From positions 64,001 to 128,000 of the forward strand of contig CP000069.1 of the NCBI GenBank assembly GCA_000002445.1: a stretch of DNA of 64,000 bases. Reading direction: 5' to 3'. Of this stretch, positions 51,196 to 62,012 are shown one piece after another. The notes under the pieces were generated by a model. It was given only the letters and a program-made list of their open reading frames with translations, was not told the DNA's origin and did no database searches. A program made the translations under genes and the position numbers. Positions within the stretch are counted from its first letter, which is position 1; each line of letters begins with the position of its first letter. This DNA comes from Trypanosoma brucei (lineage: Eukaryota).

Positions 51196-51474
51196 GGCAA
51201 AATGAGGAAACTGGAATAACTTAATATCTTATGGAAATGAAATGGGAGACCTTGTAGCTGAGGTAGGTGGATTATTAATTGAAGTTAATGAAGGTGAAAG
51301 GAATGTGAGGGAAGTACTACCAACTACCCTTGTGGAAACAAATAAATGTAATGCAGCTATCACAGGGATTCGCAGAACTGTGTGCAATGACATTAGGGCA
51401 GTAAAGAATGCAAATGACTGCAAACGCGGCCGCCGAAGATTTGGCACAACCTGTACACGATCTTAGTGGAAAAG

Positions 51475-54400
51475 GATGTACAACCCGATGCTTTTTACCA
51501 ACCGTATTTGAGAGAGAAAAAAAATCCATTCTCCTGGTTAGTAGAGTTTGACGCTATAGCTGTGGAAAGTTAAATTATTATGGTTCTACATTTTATGCCA
51601 AGGAAAGGAAAATACTTTAGCAGCCGAAAGGTGGGATTTGGCCACGGAAAAAATGGAACTTGAGTGCCGAGAGAGTATTGGAATCCATACCCATGAATAA
51701 AAAAATCCGAAACCCTCAAGTGCGTGGGTTACGGAATAGAAAGAGGGCAATTGGATGTGGTTTTAGATCCCATGAAAACAATAAATAAAGGAACGTACTC
51801 TAAATCTCTCCAGCCAACAAAGACACTGGTAAACGTCATGATCATTATAGTAAAACCTCTGAGTCATGATCCGGTTACTGTGCTGTGGGCTTCAGAGACA
51901 AATCACATCGCAAAATGCATTTGGACGCAGCCAACATGAGAACATGTGGCTCCGATACCGAGAAGGTCCTGCGATTTCTCGAGAAAGCCCAATTTAGAGT
52001 TAGAATAGGTTAGGCCCTGTCTTCTCTTTATTGTGAGTATGCAATTCGCAAAAAACATTACAACGCAGCATACAGGAACTTTATTGTAAATGATGGCGGC
52101 CAGAGCAACGCCAGTTCATATGCATCTTTCAGTTCTACAGAGAAAAGCCGCGGAATCTCCAGTAAAACAAACCCAGCCAATGCAGAAATGGGAAATCCAT
52201 CCAAAATGCGATTCACTGGACAACGTAAGAAATCGAGTGGTCATGCATTTGGTTTGGATTACTACCAGTTGGTGGAAAGGGATATAGCTTTACTGCGGAA
52301 GGAAAATCTTATCGCACATCTTCATGACAAGGATGCCATCATTGTGGATTAGGGAGCTCTCACAATAACTTTCAATACTGATCCGTACAGGGCAGTGTGA
52401 GGCACGCGGTTATCGCAGTTGGGGGATATCAAAAAGTTTTTGAGTCTGTGGGAAGGAATAACGGCACTCAGCAGTCAATTTGTCAAAAAGACACTAAAAC
52501 CTTACGGAATGACGGCGCCTTCAACAAAAAGGGGAGAACTTTCACCTTCACGCAACAGCAGTAGTCGCAATAGAGAACGATTTGGAATCCCGCATTTTAG
52601 CAGAAATGTGAAAGCATGTAAACACCAAGGAATTTCCTCGCAACACCGCTCGCCATCTCGAGTTGCGGGCTGACGTATGAAACGGTTCAGGAAGTTTAAC
52701 AGCACTAATGTAAAGATGTTTGATGAATGGGCAGCTTTCTCGTAGTTGATTTCACAGCCCACGAGGAAAGTAGCGGGACACGTCTTCATTCCAGAGGCTC
52801 AGCATTTTGTTATTTGCTCATCAAATTAAAGTGACTTCGGAGACTCAGCAGCAGCAGAACTTTCCGGTACAACAGATAGATGCGACTAGGTTATCACTGC
52901 ATTGGGTTAGAGAGAGAGACCTAACATCCAGTCTCGACGGCGATATGATGAAATGTAGCAAATTACGCGTAAAGCCCCGAAGCGTAGGAAGATTGGGAAC
53001 AATAACCGAAATTGACTGTTTCCAAAGTAGATGCATTTATTTTGGAGACTCATCATGGGATGGGTAGTGCCAGCTTTACAGTGATGAAGGGGAAGCCAAG
53101 TCACGAGTAGATGTTTTATCACACGGCCAAAGCTGATAAATAACCATGATAATTATGAAACCATGGCTTCATTAGAGCACGTGTCCCGTTATTTGGGCGC
53201 AGTTTGCAATAAAGCTGCAGCATTCATCTTTGACTCAAAGGCTCCGTTTCTTTCTTTCAGGTGGAACTTGTAGCGTATATTTGCGCATGTCTCCGGTTGC
53301 CAAACGAAGAATGGAAAACTTGTGGAACCAATCCATCTTTCAATGGGTCATGAATATGGTTCAGGATATCCTACACACGATTATACTCAGGCCCCGGAAA
53401 GAGACACAGAAGTGGCTTAACGAAAATGTGCCGCACCGCATCGCTAAAAACATGTGCGAACTTATAACATTCGCATAAAGTGTATTACAGAAAGTCATCA
53501 AGGAGTTGGAGTGTAATGATAAGGGAGCATATGGTACAATACAGTGCCATGGTGGGGAAGAGAAAACTCTTCGCAGAATACAATTTCATATGGGTTCACA
53601 TTTATCACAAGAGAAAAATATGTTGCCACTTGGTCTTCCATAGAAAAATGAGAGTAGGAAAACTCATGAAGGCCTCTTCGATGGAAAAAACAAAAACGAG
53701 AAAACAGTTGAAGAACATAATATCCCGCATGATGTACACGGCAGACGTACGAGGAAATTCTCTATTCCAACAACATTATCTCTTTTTGAAGGTGGTGCGC
53801 CGACGACCTTTAAAGCTCAATACATGATTATTGGAGGAAACTGATTCGACTCACCTTTCATCGCATTCCATGAAGAGAAAACAACAGTGGCTTAATATAT
53901 TTCTTAACAGCGAGTATGTCAATTCACCGAGTTATTTACCAACACCATCCAAATTATTCGCAGGCACCTCAATGAAAGATTGGGAAGCAATACCGTTTAG
54001 GGTTAGTGGGAAGTTATGAGCCCCAGGAGGACCAGTGGGCGCAACCACATTTTTGTGTTTCGCAGGTGGAGGCGAGAGCAGTAGACTTGAAATTACAAAC
54101 CCTTGAAGGAAACCCGCTCCCAAATGCTTTACGTATGCGTTGGTAACACGCCACGGCCAAGCACGTCATGAAAAGAATGAAATACACATTTCGATGTTTC
54201 GGCAAGTGGAACGCGCCTCGTGAACAAAACATTGCTGGAGGGAAATATCGTGGTCAGCTGGGGCGACGTTGCATCGACAGACAACCCCGCAGACGGCATT
54301 TCTTCGGGTGGGCCGGTTATGCCCAGAAGTTGCGAAAGGGTGTGGGGCAGGTGAAGCACACGCTTTCAGCAATTCCTTGCCGTAACTAAAATCCTTAACA

Positions 54401-57400
54401 TAACATATTGATTTACCATTTCTTTTTCAGCAAACGGGTCCACTGTTGTTCAATTTACGAGAGCAGTCTGCTTATCGTTTCCTCACCATTTTTTTTTTCG
54501 GCATGGGGTATGTAAGAAAATGAGTATTATTTTATCACCTTAACTCGGGCAGGCTGTTGGTGAGTTATAAATATCCGTGCAACCCCGCAAGTTGCTGCTA
54601 ACTTATCCCACTCACAAGGAAGCTCACCGCAACCGCTCTCGTCATTCCCCAATGAAAGAAAGAACAGGATCAATGGCACATTAGCACACACACACAAACA
54701 AACAAACACGTATATGTATTTCATGTGCGTTGCTGCTTCTTTCCTGCAAGGAAGTATTTAAGTGTGATGTGGGGCAAGAGTTTGGATTGTTTCTTATTTC
54801 AGTGCCGCAGTCGCTTGTTTGTTGTTTTGTTTCCGCCAGCGTTTACCTCGGCTAATGCGTCTCGGCTCTTAATAATTTCTGTTGTGCCCTTCGCCTTTTG
54901 TGTGGCTGCCTGGCTGGCTGTTCCTCTCATATACTTCTTAAAGGCGCTTTCCAGACAGGAAAAGTTTCCCCTTGGGCACGAATGTCGCATAGCACATGCA
55001 GTGGAAGAAGGGCGTAAGAACATGCGCGACGGAAGAACCGAATCTCATCCAGTTCCGCTTTCTCTTTTTTTTTCTCCTTTGTACCCTACTTTACTTGCAA
55101 ACGCCGCAATCATGTGGAAACACTTGGTCCCCTCTTATGACATCAATCATCTGCCTTTTGGGATGCATTGTCACTCCTCCCTTTTCCTTCATTCATCTTC
55201 GTGTTGTTGCGTCGTCACTCACTCATCCGGTTAGACACACCCTCCACATCCATTCGCACCATTTTCCTCATATTCCGAGTCTCATGCAGCAGAGAGCATG
55301 TATTTATCCATTTTATTTCTTTCCTTGGGTCCACCCAACAGGTTTCGTGTTTGGACCGTAACACAAATTTCATTTCCTGGTCGCAACCCAAACGCCGTTC
55401 GCGATCAGACGAGTTTCAATTCCGGGTAATGGGCCCCTTTCCACTTTGAAATGATTGAACCCTCTTTTTCGCACTTCCAATGGTTGCTGCCACCGTCACC
55501 ACACCTTCTCCACGTAGCGTTGGAAAGAAGTAAGGAATAATAAAAACGCATCTGAGCAACGCAGCAGCGATCAGCCAGTGGACCTCATCAGAGTTTGTGC
55601 CTCCAATCTCATTCCCAAACCAAAAAATTAATCGGGCCCGCATGCGGCACGAGGCGTCCGGCGACTACGGGGGTTTACAAAAGAAGGAAAGTGATGTAAC
55701 AAAAGGAGTTACATAAACATCGCGACCGCACGCACTCCGGCCATACAGGGCTGGAAAATTAATAAAACAACCCGCTCAGGGATAACAATTGTCCTTGAGG
55801 GAAAAAGGTTGGATGCCTGCAGCCGCACGAGTTCCGCTGCGATTCAGGTGAGTTTATCCTTTCCCCCTGAAGGTCGACAGTGTTTCCCTCCATTTGTTCC
55901 CTTCCCAAATAATATCTTCAGCACGTAGCAGTATTTTTGATATTCCAAAGCGGCTGCCAGTGCGTACACTCCTGCATGGGGGGAAAAGCCCCAAGTGAGG
56001 GCGGCAGATATGCGCAAGTAACAATCAGAGCCCATGCACGCAAACACACATGATGTAAAGGGAAACATGTAACAGGTATGCCAAATGCTCAGTTGAGGTT
56101 ACACACTGCAGCGACGTAGACGCTCCCTCCCGCCACAACTCGCCGTAGCTCCTCATCGCACAGTTAAAATGTCAAGGGTTCAGTCTTGAATTACCACAAA
56201 ATACGGATAAATGAGGTTTGCCCCTATAAAGGAGCGGCATTTCTGCACTCCCCTCGAGTGTCCAAACAGTGTTGTAAATAACAGAAGGATATTATAGGCT
56301 CAGCAATATTAACAGAGTGAACGTGTTACAAAACTCCCTCACAATAAAATAATTAGTATAAGCTGCAATAACTGCGACGGTGAGGGAACTTTGTTATACT
56401 GCGAGGCAACGCGGGTTTCAGTACATAACTAAGCTCATGCATCGACATCACACTCTGGAGGGAATGGAGGCAATCACATACCTTAAATCCTTACGGCAAC
56501 ACAAATGAGTGAAGGGAAAGAAAGCATGCAACTGGTGAAACAACATGTAACATCAGCAATGCAGAGGGTGATAAGGGTTGTATATCCGAAGAGAGAGATA
56601 CAACAGCCCACATAACACCCAACACATACAAACACACATGCAACATAACACTCATTATGAAAAAATATTTAAAGACACCGCTAGCATTAAGTGGATTCAA
56701 AAAGAAAAACGTGACGCAGACACACACGGAAACACAGTTTTGTACCCAAAAGGTTGCGGGATTGGGCGTGAGAGGTGGAATTTAAAAAAATAAAATAAAA
56801 TAGTCATGCACTCGCACGCTTAAGGACAGACGTGTTGAAAAAGAAATGTTTCACCTTATTTTTCTTAAAGCCTCAAATGGCAAGGACACAAATAAAAAAG
56901 AGAGCCCTTAGGGAAAGTACATAGCTAATCCCGTTTTGTGATTACTCACAGAACAAAAACGTTTTGGTTAAATTAGAAGAAATGTTGAGCCGTCCTGTCT
57001 TCCATAAGTGTCGGATTTGGAACAGTAAGAAACCAACCGGCGCTGACACGGCAAAACACATGCATGTGTTAATTCAGTGTCTTGAAAGACAACGCACGTG
57101 TAATCTAACAGAGGGCATGTTCCCTCTTAAGATTAGTATGTGCTTTAATGCAGAGGCAGCAGCCACCAAAAATAGAATGTAAAAAATGTAATAATAAATA
57201 GATGGCAAAAGATAAAAATAGATACAAAAGACAAACCCTACCGAGACTACGTTAAAATTCACTAACAACTACTACAATCGGTATGCTAATTAACTTTTCC
57301 GCCGAGTAAAACTAAGAGATTTGTACGCTTTATGACGTGCAACAGTACCACTAATGTAACGACGGAAGCGGACACCCAAAGTGGCCTTCTCTGAAATGTG

Positions 57401-58457
57401 AACCAACGAATGGAACAATTATGATTGAGCCCTCTTCAGTACTCACAGAAGCTTCACTGCTTCCACTTTGAGCGCTACGGTCAGCGACACGCCCAACCTT
57501 AACTGCAATGCGACGCACCACTTCCTCACAGTAGGCGTCATCCCACTCGAATGCGGCTTCACGGGGAAGAGGCACACGCCAACGCTCACAAAGCGACGCC
57601 AGAAGATTCCCCCGTTGCGCTGCTTTAAAAGTTCGGAAAACAGACTGCAGTGAGTTCAATATCGATTGTGCTGATTCACTCAGCTCGGCACGTGAAGAAC
57701 TGTGGTCGCTTGTGGAGGTTGTCGTGCCATCCTCGTCTTCATCAAAGAATTCGCGATCCAGCCGTAATGCAGCAAAGTTGCGGCCAGGCACGGCATTCAA
57801 CTGGTACATTTCCACAGGATCATTCACGCCACGAAGTGCAACATCACCAAGTGCAGTGACATCAATTTGCTCACGCTCCTCAGCTGACAGTGACATGTAA
57901 ACCTCATGCGTCATCAGCACCTGACCACCATTTGCTACACTCTCTGTCCTTTCTGCCATGTTTGGAGTCCGCCCATAGTAGTCATATCCCTTCGTCACTT
58001 CATCGTGTCGGATGTCGCACAACCCGGTGTGGATTCCAACACGTACACGCAGGCCATTCCACAAACGACTGTACACTTTGAGGTCCAACCGCGCAGTTGG
58101 CGGTGTGTACTTCTCGTCCTCCTCCGCACGCTGCTGCTCCAACTGCTGGTAAGAATCATCAATCGCATTTGTTCCCCAGTCATGATGCAAGAAACACAGC
58201 TGTAGTTCCTGTGCGAGTTGGACGGCAGCGAAAGGACTCTTACTCGCTATCATGAACGAATCCCCAACAGTTTTGACTTCGTAGCACTTATACCTCCCAA
58301 TCAGTGAACGAATCAAATAGTGATGTGTCGCAACGGCATCAGGCATCAGCTCAGGGTGTGCAGCCCACAACGCAGTGCTGCTCTCAATGTCAGTAAATAT
58401 TAGTGTCACGGGGTCAGTTTGTTCCTTGGGTGCAAGATTGTTATCACGGGCATTCCG
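51475..58457. repeat. Right arm of the inverted duplication, the reverse-complement copy of 24363-31345. It covers the 3' flank and the catalytic/C-terminal coding part of GRESAG4 copy 3.
   Basis: Same evidence as the left arm. The protein from 57351-58583 is near-identical to the copy 2 C-terminal 400 aa, including an identical 'FVGSHFREGHFGCPLPSLH' tail. Confidence 0.9.
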
Positions 58458-60950
58458 GTGTGTTGCTAATATAACAACCACAAGAACCGTAACAAGCGGC
58501 ACCAACATTACGACGAAGCCAACTGCAATAGCGGCAATTTGCTCAGTCATCTGTTGGATCCATCTCGGTTCATCATAGGTCACTCACAGTGTGGCAGACG
58601 ACAGCGCAGAGGACACAAAAGGGTTTAGAACATGTGACATCGACCATACAAAAATATGCATCCCACCACCGTTGACAACAGTGCTTCGCCTCAAGTCAAG
58701 TTTCGTTCGTACACTTGTCTCCAAACGACCCATACATTGCAGGACACTTCCCATTGCGTATGCGATGGCAGACCCAAGTAGTGACAATGGCTTCCACTTC
58801 GACTCATTCTGCACGATCTTGCGGAACTCACGTACTGTTTTGGACTCCGTGATCTTATCCCTCCGATGTGACAGATTCGTTGCGAATAGCAAGGGGTTAG
58901 AAAATGGCTTTTCATGGAAGGCACTCACGAGTTCGCCGTGGATTGGTGCATCATCGAAGAATAGGACAAAGACGTGCACATTACGGTGTTTGTTAGGGTG
59001 AAAGAGGATTATGGGGATATTATATGGGATAAGACCTACAACCAATACCTGACATGCAGTTGACAGCTTGTCTCTCAAATTAGGACCTTCACCACTCGCA
59101 ACAAAGAAGCTTAGTGATGTGTTAAAGTTGTCAAGTGTTTTTGCAACATATTCCTAATTCCTCTCGTATCACCACCACGACACACAATGACATGCATTCT
59201 TCCTGCACCATTTTGTATAATATGCTCAACTATCATAAATAACTGCTGCTCATTTGTTGGTAACAGGTGGATCACATTCCTTCTGGGGTTACTCGGTTGT
59301 GATGTGAGTATTATAGGATCGATGAATGCCATACCCTTCGTCCGCAGTAACGAATTATCCACGACACCAAACACAGCAGTTACAACTCGTTTCTCAACAT
59401 CATTATACAGAGTTGCAGAAGCTTCGTAAGATTTCGAGGATAGTCAGTGTAAAAAGAAACCATCAGAGTGACCCAGTTGACCTTTGCCAACAACATGAGG
59501 GACACCATCGTATACCATCTATGCAGCACGCAGTGCCTTTGGGTCATCGGTTATATTAAACATGACCCCACTCAATGGGCCATACAACTGTGGCAGGTCT
59601 CGATAACAGCGAGATGAACCAAGGGTTAATATAGCTTCCTTCATAGGGTGTAGATGGAGATCCTTTTCCACCTTCTTCATGCACATCACACTCCCACCTT
59701 GGTTACGTAAACACGATACACCCCGCTCTCCCGCCATATTACGGCACTCACCACCAAAGTCACCAACCACAATATTATCAATTGGATAACGACGTTTATT
59801 GTACAGTGATTTCATAAATACACCCCTGCTAGTTAGCTATTCGTGACAACTCAGTGCCTGTTTCAATACCTCTCCAGCAACCCATCTGTTCAATGTCAGC
59901 TCAGCTTCAGCGTCTTGCTCGGTGAAGTTATTTTCGTTAATATCCCACCTTGTGCGCTTATAGTTATTACCATTAACCTTTAACAACATAGTCATATCAT
60001 CCCTGAAACGCCTGACAGCTTTGTATGTGTCACCCTTCGTAATTAGGTCAGCCCCAGTTATTATTATTTTATCAGCCACAAACTCGTCTCTGCCCAATTT
60101 ATATGCCCACTTGTTCTTGACGGCGTGTTGGAGTGCAGAGGGTGTATGAATAAATATTCGCCTCTCGTCCTGTGGTCATATAATCATTTCATGGGGAATC
60201 TCTTCATATCAGGGATTGGAGAACCAAATACAATCACTCCCTGAGGTCCAGTATCGGCAACCTTATTCCACTCCGCACTGAAGCTACTGTTATCCGATTC
60301 CTTACCAATTTGACTCTTCAATGCAAAAAAATAACAACTAAACAACTTGCGATTCATCCGTGTTGCCAACTACGCAGCAAGCTTATACTCATCATCACCA
60401 TAAGAAACATCTTTCAAATACATGAAATCCAGTCGGTGTGACCGTAACTGAGTGATAGCATAACGGAAAAGAGCAAGCATCTCAACGGCGAGTGATGCTT
60501 CCAGGAGTCATAAATTGGGATTCCAACTGTGTACCCTACTGAATCCTGTGAAGGGCAAAAAATCAACTACACATTCTTTTCATTGAAATATTTGGTTAAG
60601 TTGAGAGTATTTTTGTCACCCACAGGTTCCAGTATAATGGCAAGCTCATCACCGTAATTGGTTGTACAGATGGCGTATCCAAAGTCATCCATAGACGAAA
60701 CATGTGCAACTGCCACACTGACACACGGAAGCGACTTTCCGTTGGTAATAGATGCGTTGAAGCCTGCAGTAATAGGATCAAATACCTTTGCTGAAATCTT
60801 GTCACTGTATAACATGTTGTATACCCTTACCCATATTAATCCATTTGCAAGCTATACTTCAGCCAGCAGCTGTAGTAATATAGAAAAACACCACGTAAGT
60901 GACTACGCCATCTCTAGCATGTAATTCACGCATGGAGGTAACCGTGATAC
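57351..60950 (-). pseudogene. GRESAG4: GRESAG4 copy 3, a mosaic pseudogene. The TM, catalytic and C-terminal part (57351-58583) is an intact ORF. The extracellular domain is broken into at least six out-of-frame pieces.
   Basis: Minus-strand fragments at 58584-59078, 59111-59374, 59519-59815, 59837-60097, 60184-60369 and 60567-60815 are homologous to, but clearly diverged from, the extracellular domains of copies 1 and 2. They lie in shifting frames. The catalytic domain carries an A-to-E change in 'GRTPNMAERTESV'. The N-terminal end is estimated. Confidence 0.8.
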
Positions 60951-62012
60951 TAGTAACTCAACGTAATTCAACTTTCAAACTACAGGACAAAAACGGCATA
61001 ATAACAAAGTATTGGTACAAGATTAATAGACTGCATGTGTATATGTAAGAGCGTGGGAAAGGGAACTACTGTAGTGGATAACATTACACAAACCATAACA
61101 GCGAGAAAGTAGTTCAACACACATTCCCCCATACACCCACATATCATTCATGTATCCGATACAAAAACATAAAACATCACTAGGCATAAGGGTAAATGTG
61201 TAGATAGAACATTACAGTATCATAAACTGGATTGCCATTAACAAAAACACAGCACACTAACAGTCACAGTTAACACTCAAACTGTAAATTTTAACTCACA
61301 ACATCACGGCAGACATTGCTCAGTTTCATATTCCTTGACTGTCTAGGAGTAAAAGAGAGTGTGCGAGAGAATATGAGGAAAGCTTCAGCAACCATAGAGA
61401 AATATAAAGGAAGTTATACACATGTATCAGATATTGCAAATAGTTACATGCAGCAAGGTGATTAAGAGATACCTTACAAGCCAGCATCTCCGAATGAAAA
61501 AAAAAAATTAGGGTAGACGCGAGGGATAAGCACAGGAGGTCACTTTTACTTCGCTATAGCCTCCGCTTCATGGGCATCACCTTATTATCAAACACATTTT
61601 TAAATGCAAGGACACAGCTCCTAACAACACATTAGAGGTGGAGCGCCTCACATGACAACGGACCACACGGACGGCAATATAAATTTAAATAAGATATTAT
61701 TTAGAAGAAGTTAAGCATTAATAGTGGCGTGGATGCACACATCCCTCACTACGTTAAACAGAAAATTAACGACTTTCATATATTGTAATCAAAAGATAGT
61801 ATGCCCATTTCAAAAATAAAATGCATCCCTGTGCATAAAAATATTTAAACACCCAACATATGAGGAAAATATTGCATGCACAAAAAGTTGGGGAGCAAAG
61901 TATTAGAAGAACACTATATGAAGTGAATCTAAAAAAAGTTTGCACATATTATATAAACATTATTATCCATTTACAACAACAAAACATACATACATCAATG
62001 TCATGAGAAATA

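Noticed and set aside
57351-58583. Possibility that the intact 410-aa TM-plus-catalytic ORF of copy 3 is a functional truncated cyclase gene.
   Set aside because: The listed start is the tool's and not a verified ATG. The upstream ectodomain is clearly the same gene in broken frames. There is no signal peptide for correct topology. It is best treated as a pseudogene unless expression data say otherwise.
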